Source of the DNA: Psammoneis japonica
Lineage: Eukaryota
NCBI GenBank assembly: GCA_008632985.1
Contig: QPGO01000014.1
Span: 372,001-436,000, forward strand
Reading direction: 5' to 3'
DNA length: 64,000 nucleotides
The position numbers were made by a program, and so were the translations under genes. The notes beneath the pieces are model-generated. The model had not been told where the DNA came from. It saw only the letters and a list, made by a program, of their open reading frames with translations, and made no database searches. This document shows, piece by piece, positions 1-12,899 of the stretch. The first letter of the stretch is position 1, and each line of letters begins with the position of its first letter.

Positions 1-570
1 ATCATGAGCTGTGATTAGGTCCTGCATTTTTCGAAGCTTCAAGTCTGCAGCTGATCGTCGAGGACGACCAACGACAGGGTCGGATGGCCAATGCACAAAA
101 AGCCGTAACTGAAATTGCTCACCATGCCTCATCGGTAGCTGTTTTCTTGCCGTGTTTGTTGGTTTCCAGGAATCTCAGCTCTGTGTCTTGGCCAATCGAA
201 AACCCGTACTGTACACCTCGTCCGTAAGTGTCTCGCACACTCTAGCGCCCCGGCATCTCAAACGCTGTTCGGCTGCCTTAAGGGCGAAAAGTACACAGAA
301 GATTCCGACTTCTACAGTAACAAACTGAAAGAGTGACGACGTGCACGACGGTTTGCGTTTTGCTCTAGAAGTAGCTTCTGTCGTTTTTTGAATTTTGAAT
401 TTGCGGAAAACTTAAAATCTTTGTATATAGGTATGATACTCTATTTTGTGTGGCCTCTCATACAAAACCGCCGTAGCTGGCCTTCGTCGTTATTTTGCAC
501 TTGTCCGCCCAAAATTTGCCCAAACGCACAAGCCACAACAGCTCACCAACGCCATCCACCAACACCCACC

Positions 571-1614
571 ATGCCGCCGTACAACAACGACGACGGACCC
601 GCTGCACTTACTGCTAATCTAAGGGCGCACTTGGCGAGGAGTCGTAAAAAATTCGATGAATACATTGATCGGGAAAAGGCTCGCGTTGACGAGATTGCTC
701 AAGCACAGGCCAAGCTCGTGACGGACCGTCAAGGCGAAATCAATCGACTCGAGGATACCCTTGCCGCCGTTCAGTTGGAACGGGGTCTTGCTCAGACTCA
801 CTCGGAAGAAGAGGGTGGAATTGCCAAAGCAAAGATTGAGTTGCTTGAGCAGCAGAAAGTGGCAGATGCGGAAGTTGCGCAACTCCAAGAAGAATTGAAT
901 GAGAAAGAGACGAATTTTAAAGGTATGTTCTGTGTACGTACTGTACTGCATAACGAAAATCGGGGGCCGTCTTTTGTATCACTTAACCCATATTATTCGT
1001 CATGCAACCACTTGAATTGTATTTTTTTAGAAATCCGCCATGAAGAGGAAAAAGAGCAGGCTCGTGCCGAGAAGGTTCGACGCGACAAAGAGCTTGTTGA
1101 AGAATCCAAGAAAACAACGGTTGATGATTTGACGAACGGTCTCGTGTACTATAAGCAATGCTCAGGTCTTGACTTTGCCCATGGTAAAAACGGTCTCATT
1201 TGGTAAGCTTAAAATCGTTGCTCTAAATACTGTATGTTGTGTCGTGCACGTAAGGACTAACATACTTCTACCTTTTGTCACGGTTTTCTTGTTTGCTCAT
1301 AAAGGGTTTTTACGCAGCTCGACAGGGCTGATCCTGATCGTAAGTTCACCTTTCACCTCAGACTCAACGATCAAGAGAAATACGAAATGGTGAGCTGTAA
1401 GCCTTCTCTCGATGATTCTGTGATTTCGGACTTGTTGGCCGAGCTCAATTTGAGCAACGACATGGACCCATTCACGGCGGAGATGCGTAAGTTTTATGTT
1501 CGAGAGTGCCGCCATGTGTAGAAACGAATTGGGTCTGAAACTTGATGAGTATTGTCGCTTTGTTGTACAGGTAAAGCCTTTCTCGCAACGACTCAGGGGC
1601 CTTGCAAAAATTGA
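571..1614 (+). CDS. SPC25: Kinetochore NDC80-complex subunit Spc25, copy A (exons 571-922, 1031-1202, 1305-1486, 1571-1614)
   Basis: N-terminal coiled coil, then 'DDLTNGLVYYKQCSGLDF', 'FTQLDRADPDRKFTFHL' and 'LAELNLSNDMDPFTAEMRKAF', which fit the Spc25 RWD domain. GT-AG introns splice in frame. Confidence 0.8.
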
Positions 1615-2077
1615 TTGGAAATGACAACATAGTTATCATGATGCAATTGATGGGATTAGTTTTTACGCTTCAGTGATTGCTGTTTGTATGCTTGTACCGA
1701 TTGAGAGGATTTCATCTACAGCAGCCTTGCAGACGTAAAATTTATGGTAGGCTTATATTTTAGGCCCGATATCTATGCGCATTGGGGGTAGATACAGTCC
1801 GAAAGTTGTGTGATAGCAATTATGATGTTTTGTTTTCTAAGCTACGAATCGCATGCTGGAGATGCTGGCTGACAGCGGTAGCCTAGCCCTCAGGAGCCTT
1901 CGTCGAATCCTAGTGCTGGTATGTATTTTCTAAAACGGGTACGGTATGCCATGTTCCTCAAGGTTAACAGCACATAGTTGCATTTGCCTCGCAATGATAT
2001 TCGCTTTTTTTGTCGACAACTATGCATGGATTTCTTTGGTTGATCCCATCACATTTCTTTGCCCCTGTGTTTTAGAT

Positions 2078-2520
2078 CTACTTGAACTTTCCCTCTTGAT
2101 CACAGCAACAAGTATGAAAGACATCTTGGCGATCGGCACAAATCTCTATTACAAAAGCCGAGCATGCGTACACTTCTGAGAACAAGACTTGCAAGCCAAC
2201 GTTTTTCACACTCGCTGCACTTGAAGCTACACTCGACGCAAAGGCGATAGCAGCAGTATTCACAAAAAAAAATTCCGGCTCTTTCTCGACAAGAGCGACA
2301 ATAGTCCTCATTGCAAGACTCACAAGGACAAAGCTCCAATCTGTTGACCAAAGACGGACGGTGGCAGCGCATAAAGAGCACTGCCGACTCTTTGTTCATG
2401 ATGAACCGCGTTGCGCTTGGTTCCAGTAGCATCGGCGAAAGACAGAAAAAATACCCCTGACAGATTAATTTGTGCCTGTCACAGATTAAGCCAAAAAAAG
2501 GAATCCACGAAAGACATTAT
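2078..2520 (-). pseudogene. Internally deleted copy of the Cys-rich gene at 32722-33792
   Basis: Matches both ends of that gene ('ALPPSVFG' and 'CRSCRERAG...CADRQDVFH') with roughly 0.7 kb missing between them, plus frameshifts and a 63-bp insertion. Confidence 0.8.
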
Positions 2521-2699
2521 GCTCATGCTACAAGCATGGATTCCGTACAAGAAGCAGAAAATATGCTCGAGAGCTAGAGTCGACCTACGTAGCTTCTGGA
2601 GAGACCCATTCGTTCTGATTTCTGGTTGTATACATTAATCTACAATGTGCAGTGTAAAGAATCGTACGCGGATACAGCACCCATCGAACTGCTGCTCTC

Positions 2700-3676
2700 T
2701 CATGTATGAAGCATTCTCCTAAGCTTCGAACCAAGGGATCCACTGCAGTTGTATCTTGAGCCGTGCTTATCCCCTGTAACAATGGCATCTTTGTCATTGT
2801 TACCGTCTACTCGGCGGTGTTCACTTTGAGCGGGAGGAGGCGACTGCTGACTAAGCAGAAGCATTTCCTCCCAGCTCGTTCTTGAGCCATCCTTATCCCC
2901 AGTAATGATGGCACCCTTGTTCTTGCTACCGACTGCTCGGCGGTGTGTCTCATGGCGTCTCCGACCTTGAACTGATTCACTTTGAGTGGGAGGAGGCGAC
3001 TGACTCAGAAGCATTGCCTCCCAGTTCATGGCCTCGACAGGAACCAACTGATTCGCAAGCAATTCCTCCCAGCTCATAGACTCTTTGCATCCATTCTTTT
3101 CAACCTTCTTGTTGTTGGATGCATTGTCAAGCTCATTCAGTTTACAACGAAGGCATTCGTTCTCTTTTCCGAGGCGAGAGTCATCTGCGGTCACTTCTTT
3201 AGTGGAATGTGAAAGCTCGGCTTCCACAAGCACAAGAACCGTTGCGTCATCGCAAGCGGGCGCAGATGATGGACCCAAAGAAGACAAGTCCATCTCGACC
3301 GGCATTGGCGAAATGTCGTTGATCTGTCTCCGAGGACGCCGTCGTTCTCCGTTCCTGGGGTGACAGCACTGGCGCCATCTTTGACAGGCCTTTCGCTCGG
3401 ACTTTTTCCAACTGCGTCCTCACTCTGTCTTGAAATTAAATCACATTTTTGCTTCTGATTGCAGGCATCCCTTTGAGTTGTAGGATGCTGGATCGTCACT
3501 TGTTCTAGCTGGTTTTCCGGAGACTTTGCTTCTCCTGGTTTTGTTTTTTTCTCACCCTGGATGACACCACGTCTGTTGCGCATGCCATCATCATTGGATG
3601 AGTTGGTCGGTGGTCTTCTGAAATGGTTCATTCGTTGTTGACGTGATGAACTGCTTGCAGGCACAACAGCTGTCAT
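2700..3676 (-). pseudogene. Hypothetical low-complexity protein, frameshifted, with repeated 'WE(E/A)(M/L)LL..SPPP.QSE' units
   Basis: Overlapping ORFs 3191-3676 and 2700-3305. Internal repeats near 2820-2880 and 2975-3080. Partly TpA-depleted. Confidence 0.4.
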
Positions 3677-3699
3677 ATGTTTGTGTTCATTTCATGTGC

Positions 3700-6600
3700 C
3701 TTCCTCGATGCATGATTCTTTGCTTCGCACGCAACATGGACGTTCCATGACTGCATCATCCGCGTTCTATTCGATGAGGGTTCATTCGCGCTTTGATTTG
3801 TGTAACAACGATGCTTCAAGGTTCAAAGTGGTGCCCGCCAGAGGGACGGACAGGCAGGAACACACTCAAAAATTGAATGAACACTTGGCGCCCTGAACGG
3901 CTGTGTCTCGTTGTCTTCACAATTGGAACAAAAAGAAAATGGTAGAAACTGACAACCATGATTTTGAGATTGCATCATCATATTTGTCAATCTCAGTCAG
4001 AAGGATTTCTGTGTTGTTCTTGGGCTTCCTTTGGATGTCTCATTCATGATCGGCGCCATCTTCTCACGTCATTGTGGTGTGCACCTCTCTGAGCAACTTG
4101 ACAGTGGCGTGTGCAGCCTGCAAATGATCTGTTGCAATGAGTTGAGAATTCAGAATGTCACACATTTCATCATCAACAGCAGTGCAATCTTTTCTTGTGT
4201 TTGCTGTCCTTGTGATCTGTTGCCCAACTCTTGACAATCTCATGAAGTCGATGTCATGATTTGGTGGCATTTTTGTTCATTGTGACTGGATGCCAGACGA
4301 GTCCTGACACCAGTCCAGCCACTTTCCTTTCAATTTTCATCACTGTCACAACTGACTCTCGTGGCAATGTCTTAAAAGCAAAAACCTTGATCAACGAGCA
4401 ACAATCCATTCCTCACATCCTTGTTCAGGCACCTGGAAAAAATTGGGTTTTGTTGTCCTGACTTGTTCACAGCCACAAGCTGGACAACATCCTCCTCCTC
4501 CACTGAAGTGCCAGTTGTTTGAATGCAAAGAGAAGGCTTCTTTTTCTCTGACATGGAAGCCACCTTTCCTCCTGCACTCTTCTTGTGGGGTTCACTTTCT
4601 TGTTGGGAGAGTCATCTTGGAAACCTCGCTTGTTCTTGACTCCTTTGTCGAGAGCCGACCCAACAACAGCCACCTCCAACCCCCACCACTGTCCTCCAAG
4701 CAAGCAACCTCAAGTGGAAAAAGCAGAGCACCAGGTGTGCATGTGTTTTGATTTTTAAGATGAGCTGTCCAAGGAAATTTTGTTTGCAGCCTGCCCAGAT
4801 TCTCTCGCATCAAGCAAGCTGGGAGCAAATCAAGGCATGTGGACCAACTCATCAAGCTTTGCCATGGCCACCCTCTGATGATGATCCTCAATGAGGATGT
4901 GGAGAAAAAGGAGGCCAATCATGCTGTTGGCTTTCATGAGGGAGTTGATCCAAAGAAAGGTGTTTTTTGGATGACCCAGAGTTGGTGAGGATTGAGGGTT
5001 GGTGGTTTCACAAGTCGAGCCCATTGTCTTGATGCATGAGGAAAAGATGCAGATGACCCAGTTCCCAGTTTTGTGCAACAATGCAATGCCCATGCAAAAG
5101 CTCCTCCAGGGGAGGAGACAGCTGAGAGCCTGGTTGTCAACAACTTTGGCCACAAAGACAACTGGGTTCATGTGATTTTGTCCAGAGTTGCAGCAAGAAA
5201 GGGGCTTTGTCTCAAGAAGAAGATTGATGGCAGGAAAACAAAGGGCATGTCATTGGCATTGAGTGAGTTCCTTGGTTGCTGCTGGAGCACAAGTGGGTTC
5301 CAAGAAAGCTCTCAGGCTCCTGCCACAAATGACTGTGAAAGGTGTTGCAACTTAAGATTGCAATCATTGGTCAACAATTTTTGACAATGGGGCACCAATC
5401 CAGACTTGCATCATGAGATTGTCCTTGTCAGGTGCACCAGAAACAAAGGGGTTGAGTTGGTTGTGCACAATCCCTGGTTTGAAATCAAGTGTGTGCACAA
5501 AAAGCACAAAATCAAAAAATCTGTCATCTCAATGGAAGAAAAGGTGAACAAACAAAAGACAAAAGTGACAATTGCAGAGTGCCATTGTGCACTTCATTCA
5601 TTTGGTGTTGCACCCTTGCATGGTTGGGCATCAATCTTGCATCTCATCCTTGTTGTTGCATCATGCATGACAGTGCTGGGCTCAATGGCATCAACTTGGA
5701 ACAACTTGTGAGCAACAATTGCAGAGAGAGTGTCATTGTGCATTTTTTGTTCATTTGGTGATGTGTCCTTGTGCAGTTGGGCATCAATCTTGTGTCTCAT
5801 CCTCATTGTTGGTTGTTGCACATGCCAGAGCCACCACTTTGCATTGTGCACATTGCAGCTCAACTTGATGTTGTGCTCAACAACATCAAAATGGAGCAAC
5901 TTGTGTGCAACAATTGTGGGGCATTGTTGTGTGTTTGATTTGTTTGGGCCTCAACCTTGGGAAATCTTGTCTGGAGATTTGAGACAGAAGCAAGTGGCTG
6001 GCTCGCCACACCACCAGTCAGCGGTCCTTGCATGCAACAAGCCAAAGGGTGCAAAGCCCTTCTAAACCAACACTGTGAGCATTTTAAAATTGTGGCTGCA
6101 ATGTTCACTGTTTGATTTTGTTGAAAAAATCTTGCGTGGAGGTGCTCATCGCACATGCCTTGCACGTGGAGTGCACACAGCAGTGCACGCCACAACCGCG
6201 ATGCTGCGTGGCCAAGTGACCTGGGAAAGCAACCAAGATTTTTGAAATGTGCATCATGGTCTGCCAACCATGCATGATCAATGACCTCAAAACAGAAAAA
6301 CAGTTGTCAATCAATTGACCAGAAGTCAATGGCATCCCAACCCAAAAAATGACCGAGGCAATGCAAAATTTGGCATGTTGTGCATTTGTTTGCAGAGCAG
6401 CTTTTGTCAATGTGAAGTCCCGATTCTGTTTTGTGTGCAAAGACCACTTGCAAATTTGGTCATTTTGAAAGTGGTCAACTCTTTCCTGACTTTGTTTCAC
6501 CCATCTGTCTTTGGTCTGGTCAGGGTCAAGAAGGCAGGAGGGAGACAAGGATGGATGGTGCATCCAAGCAACACCTTTAAAAAAATTAGCTCCACTCTGT

Positions 6601-7100
6601 GGTGACAGCCACAAACAGGATTGGCTGGCCTTGTGCTTTGGCACAACATGGGGCTTTTTGCACTTTCTTGCTGACAGCCACACTTCTCCCTCTGCTGCAT
6701 CCACAGCTGTCGCAGCTCACCTGTGTGTGCCACTCTTTTTGTCTGTTGCACATCATTGTGGCATCAGATGTCAGAGGCAAGGTGTCACCATGCCAAAAAT
6801 GTGGGTCAAAATGAGAGCTTTTTGCTCTTGTCACAAAAATGCACTGTTTTGCACATGATTTGCTCTGTTTGTTGATTGCTTCATTCATCATCACCGTTGC
6901 TGCTCACAAACTGGTTTGTGCATTGTTTTGGACTTTGCCTTGACAGATTTTTTGTGAACCACTGCAGGAAAGAACCACTCCATCATGGAGGCACACTGGC
7001 ATTGATGACAAGCTGCCCCACTGCCGTGGACAGCAACATCTCCTCTCAGTTGATGCTTTGACACCAAAGTTGAACTTGAGGTTTGCAAAAGACACGACCC
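3700..7100. repeat. Heavily decayed repeat or gene block, unidentified, depleted in TpA and CpG
   Basis: TA and CG are nearly absent and TG/CA is in large excess. A roughly 150-bp-period duplication is visible (5614-5670 vs 5767-5824). No recognisable domain. Confidence 0.55.
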
Positions 7101-7516
7101 TGTCTCCCAAGTCTGTTTGTCTTAATGTGCAATCCTGCGGCTGTCGTGAGACCTGCCGACACTGGTGCGTCGGACAAGAAGACGGACGCATTCTCTTTCT
7201 TGTTCCGTCAAATGTGTGCTCAACTCTACGGCGTGGTTGCATTGGTGCTCAGAGTTGCACCTTCGGGTGCGGCAGTGTGCAGCTAGCCCCAAAAATGAAG
7301 GGCAGTTTGTTGACGGGAGATGTTTGTAAAAAATACAATCCTGACCTGTTGACTGCACGACGATAATCCATTTTGTAGGCCTCTAGCGACTCTAGAGATC
7401 GTATCAAAGTACAACGACATACGTTGGATCCACCGTTAAAATAGTAAGGTACATGCATTGCTTTTATAAACGAAACATTCATTCTGCTCTCGCCGCGAGC
7501 GACAGAGACAAAACAA

Positions 7517-10500
7517 CTAGACGAGCTTCTTCCCGTTCTCGCTAAGGGGATCGATAGCACTTGGCCTATCGATTAAATCAAAGACCCGGTCTGCTGCCGC
7601 TTTCGCCTTTTCTCTGTCAGTAACTCCCTGAAACGCCACAGACAAGCCATAGAGGGAGAAGAGAAGCGCGAACATTGAGACCAAAAAGTCAATAAAGGAA
7701 AACGAACTCGGATATGTAAAGAGTAGCCAGCCACCCCAGAAATTCATTAGAGCAATTCCCCACATTTGGATAAATTGCCCCAAGCCCGTAAAACAACCTT
7801 TCCAACAATTGGACCTTATCGGTGTCGGGTCTTCTTTCTGCAGAGCTTCGGCAAATTCGGCGGATCGTTGCTCCTCAATCTTGAGAGCAGCTACAGTCCT
7901 CATGTTCAACAATGACTCAATCACGATCCCGCCTGGGCTGTTTTCTTCCTCTTTGACCTCTCCGCCATCATCATCACCTGCGTCAATGCGAAGTTAGAAT
8001 AATAGAAAGAGTCAGATTTCAAGAGAATCTAGAGTTTTCGGGATGCCGCTGAAACCGTACTTGCCTAGGTACATTTGCATTTCAGCTTCCGCACCGACCG
8101 CCATGAATGGCAGAATCGCCAACGTCAAGAGAGCAAAGGGCCACATGTAAACGAACGAAACAATGAGACCAACCAACACGCTTGACAGATTCACGATGAG
8201 CGTCCGTATCGGCTGGCCACTGAAAGCATGAATCATTGCTGTATCTTCCTGCAGCTGAGACGTTATCTCGCCGACGCTACGTAGGTCGAAATAGGCAACT
8301 TCCTGCCTCACAAGTGAGGTGAAGGCAGAGTCTCTGACTCTCTTATTCATCCTCTCCGACGCTTTTCCAAATCCAAAGTACAACAGCATGTAACCAGCCA
8401 ATGACGCAACGATTGTTCCAACGCATCCATAAGCAATTAAATAGGAACGCTCTTGCATGTCATCAGCAATGACGTCGTAGTATTCTTGACACGAAAGATC
8501 TTGGTATGGTGGCGGTGGGGGGATTATCCCGTCTTCACAATCTCCAACAGGGGTGTATAGTAGCTCAATCATGTAGGCAAAAATAACCTAACGAGCACAT
8601 AGACAGAATGTTAGCATACTCCCATTTTGAGTGGACTCTCACACTTCACCATACGCTTCGTACTTACACCACAAGCAGGAAAGATCAATCCTACGAGGCA
8701 AAGAAGGTAAAACAGCAACAACTTTTGAGTCGACGCGTTGGTAATTACAGCCGCGACTGCGGCAACTACATACCTGCCAACACAGCACCCACGCCCCCGA
8801 TAAAGAAGTATTGCACATCATCCCGCGCAAGCAGCCGGGCTCGACGAGCATTCTTTTTTGCCTTCTCCTTGTCAATATCATCATCGTCGTCGTCGCTGTC
8901 ACTTTCGTCAGAAGTTTGCTTCTGCAGTTCTTTAGATTCTTCTTTTGATTTTCTTCGTTTGTCGGTATCCTCTGCCGCGAATTTGCTACTTCTTTCGAGA
9001 TCTTGATAGGCTTGCAGCTTCCGGTAGTGACCATCAGGCTTCGCCATCAATTCTTCGTGAGTCCCTATCTCCCGAACCTTTCCCTTGAAGATCACGACGA
9101 TTCTGTCGGCATTGCGGATCGTCGAAAGGCGGTGGGCGACCACAATCGTTGTCTGAGACTGGACTGCCATAATGTGGTCAAGAGCCTCTTGCACAATGCG
9201 TTCCGATGCGCTGTCCAGCGCGGAAGTAGCCTCATCCCTATTGAGGCAGCAATCGAAGAGCAAAAGAGAGTAAGCAAATCGCGTTCGATTGGTTCCCTTA
9301 ACATATCATAAGGACACTTACAGGAGAAGAATCTTCGGCTTCTTCAGAATGGCGCGGGCTATGGCGATTCGCTGCTTCTGACCACCAGATACCTGCGTTC
9401 CACTCTCGCCCACAAGCGTATCGTAGCCTTTCGGAAAAGACAAAATAAAATCGTGAGCATTTGCTTGTCGAGCGGCTGTCTCGATTTCTTCTTGGGTCGC
9501 ATCAGTTTTTCCGTACTTGATATTATCAGCTATTGTAGTGTTAAACAGGGACGGCTCTTGCGAAACCAGGCCCAACTTCTCACGCAGAGACCTGACATTT
9601 ATATCTTTTAGATCCACGCCATCAAGCTCAATGCATCCAGACACCGGGTCATAAAAGCGTTCGACCAGGCTTACTACGGTGCTTTTACCCCCGCCACTAG
9701 GGCCAACAACAGCAATTGTTTCCCCTTCGTATACGGACAGATTAAGCCCGCGGAAGACTTGAATGTCAGGGCGCGAAGGATATGAAAAAGCAACATTATC
9801 GAACCGGAGCAAAGGCGGTTTTTCTGACTCTGTGTCCATCGAGGGAATGTCCATCACGCTTGATTTCCTTGATGGTGGGTCAGACTCTGAATCATCTAGT
9901 CGCTGTCCAGTTTGAGCTTTGACAAGTTCGGAGTAAGGTCCCTCGCGAAGCATTAGGTCATCATGGGTACCCGTTTCGACCACCTTGCCCTCATGCACGA
10001 CTGCAATCATATCAGCATTTCTTATCGTGGAGAGTCTAAGAACAAAAAAGCACCAATAGCGACAGATTCCTGATCAGGTTTTGACGGATGGGAGAGGGTG
10101 GACCGACCAGCAGCAATGACAAGCTTACCTGTGAGCTATTATTATTGTTGTCATCTTTCCTTGTTCGAGCAAATGGTCAATGGCATCTTGCACGACACTT
10201 TCACTCTCACTATCGAGTGCTAAAAGAAAGTGCAAAATCGGTTAGTTAAAATCTGCGAACGACAAACATCTCATGAATCAGACAAAAACCTCTGGAGTCC
10301 TACCTGAAGTCGCTTCGTCCAGAAGCAAGATACCTGGGTTGGAAATAAGAACACGAGCAATCGCCACTCGCTGTTTCTGCCCTCCAGAGAGCTGTGTCCC
10401 CTTGTCACCGACTACGCAACACAAGCACACACGACCATGTTTAGTTGAGCCCCGTCACAAGCATACTTCAATGCAGAGCACACAGCAACGCTACCTTCCG

Positions 10501-12730
10501 TGTCGTAACCGTTGGAAACGAGGTGATGAAATCATGAGCATTTGCGAGTTTGCAGCCTCCTCAATGGCCTCTTGCGAAGCACCGGGACAGCCGTATTCGA
10601 TATTCTCACGAATGCTTCTCGCAAACAATTTTGGCTCCTAAAAGCGCGCCGTATGAGGAGAGGGTCACGATCATGAGATTTCAAAGTTCTCGCCATTCAC
10701 ATCGGTAGTCAAACATTATCTCATCCTACCTGACTAACGAGCCCAATCTGAGACCGAAGAGATTTGACATTGAGCTCCCTGAGATCAATCCCATCGAGGG
10801 TGATTGAACCATCGAGAGGATCGTAGAAGCGCTCAATCAGTTGCACGTTGTAGATTTTCCGCTCCCACTAGATTCAACAACGTTGATGAGATACAGTTGC
10901 AGCGCAAAATTTCGACATAGCGTACAATCACTTACCTAGACCCTACCAATGCAACAGTTGTTCCTGCCTTTATGTTGAGATTGAATCCGTTGAATACTTT
11001 TATTTCCGGTCTCGTAGGATACGCAAATACTACGTTTTGAAATTGAATATCTCCCTTGACAGTTGAAAGTTTCTTTCCTTCATCTGATGAGGAATCAATC
11101 ACGTACTTTGGAAGGTCTGATGATCCTTTGTCAGTCGTCCCACTTTCTACCGTTTCGTCTGATTCAACTTTGCGATTAATGGCCTCAAGCGCAGGGTAAC
11201 ATGCAGCTCTTGTGCCGAAAATCGATTCAACTGCAACTGCCACTTGTGGTAGGACAGATGCAGCAAAAGTGATACCCATTAACGAGCCATTGACATCCGT
11301 GGCACTGCATAAAGAGGCAAAGATATCATTCAATGAGCGCAAGAAACTCACGGACCACTTCGGCCTGCCAAAGATTCCAGCATTCCGAAAAGTTACAACT
11401 CACCTAGGGTCGCAGGTTTCTACTCCCTCTACTGCGCCACTGGTATGAATAAAGCCAACAGAAAAGTGTGAAAAGACGGGTGCAAGCGAGGCAGAGACAG
11501 TACGTCACGCAACTCACCTAGGATCACAGCCTGAGTCACGTACAGCATCGTAAAGAAGGAATGAGCCGTACAACGTCACTGCAAGGTAGGATACCATGAA
11601 TGATCCCATCATCCCTCCGTTGGACAGGCCAACCCAATGAAGTTGCTGCACCGCCCCATCAAAAGCCTGTTTAGTTGCGCTGACAAACTTTTCGATCGTG
11701 ATCTCAACCGCATTCAACGACTATCTCAAGCGACAGAAAATGAAGAAATGATGTGGATGTGAGATAGAAGAACAGCACAAAGACTGGAACCCAAGCAACT
11801 CACCAATATGGTGCGTATAGCCGAGACAGTCGTGTACACCACAGACCCAGCTTCTGCGTAGCTTTCCTGTGCCCTCGTCGACTGAGATGTGTTCAGTTGT
11901 AAAACAAAATACACCGACACAATCATAAACGGAACAGAGGCCAATATCACCAAACTCGATTTCCAAGACGCATAAAAGGCGTACACAAGGGCTAAGGTGG
12001 TAACAAGGAAACAAAGTCCACTTCTGAGGTAAACGAATCAATCAACATTCATCCACACGTAGACAACTTGAGAACGCACCTCCGATAACTGTAACTGTGA
12101 ACTGGATTCCTTCTCCCAATTTACGCCCTAAACCTTTTCTGAACTTCTTTCCATTAGACGAAACCATTGTTGCTGTTCCTGTGACATTCCTGATATCATG
12201 GTAGGCCATATCTTGTCTGAGCAGGGCATCGAACCACTGAATTTTCAAATCATCGGTCATTAAACCTGCAGCTGTTTCTAGTAAGGTCGCCTGAGCAGTC
12301 ATAAAGATGCCTGCCACGACCCTGTGAGTGTCGAGTAGCAAACAAAAGAAATCGTTAGCATTGATCTGAAAATTCTGAGCCAACACGAGCACCACGAGCC
12401 CGCGAGCCGGTACGTACCCTAGAATCATAAAGACGTAGGATATCTCCCGAATTCCATCCAAGAAACTATCGGATTCCACAGAAGCACCAAGTTTCTCGAA
12501 CGATCTAGCAAACCAGAAAGCCATGAAGGGCAAGACGCATCCTGAAACAACTGCGCACAAGACCCCAGCAATGATGTAGTACTTTTTCTGCGGGGGTCCG
12601 AATTGGAAGACTTCACGCAAAGATGCAAGATTTTCTTTCAAAGGCTTTTCCGTCGCCTTTTTGACTCGTCATGCCGAGCTTCTTCCTCTGATTCAACAGA
12701 ACCATCAAAAGGTTGTTCAATATCCGTCAT
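7517..12730 (-). CDS. ABCB/MDR (P-glycoprotein-like) full transporter, multi-exon, domain order TMD-NBD-NBD-TMD
   Basis: TMD1 about 12600-11200 ('[10 protein letters not shown]'). NBD about 11050-9930 (Walker [17 protein letters not shown]). Second NBD about 9810-9020 ([25 protein letters not shown]). TMD2 about 8830-7560 ('[10 protein letters not shown]'), including a 23-nt microexon at 8668-8690. Stop at 7517. Several 1-bp frameshifts. Confidence 0.9.
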
Positions 12731-12899
12731 GTTCCGACAGCTCTACACGTTGTTTTCTTAGGTAAAAAGAATCCAAATGCTGTCATGATGTCAATGCCAA
12801 TACCGGTAGTCTACATGTGCGTTCGGATTGCGTTGCGACGACTCCTCGTGCTGTATGTTCGCAAGTGTTCGATGGAAGCGTGATACGATGGACAGACCA

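Noticed and set aside
3700..7100. Many overlapping Cys/His-rich ORFs in all six frames (also at 12.9-14.5 kb and 35.6-39 kb)
   Set aside because: Loss of TpA removes TAA and TAG stops and creates TGY/CAY codons, so these ORFs are compositional artefacts.
10500..12665. Frameshifts in the ABCB gene (near 12660, 10845, 10550, 10513), also in Sec3 (26630), the silicanin-like gene (29820) and SLC35B3-A (31092)
   Set aside because: They are single-base losses, mostly in homopolymer runs, in otherwise well-conserved genes. Long-read consensus error is more likely than pseudogenisation or programmed frameshifting. A read check is needed.
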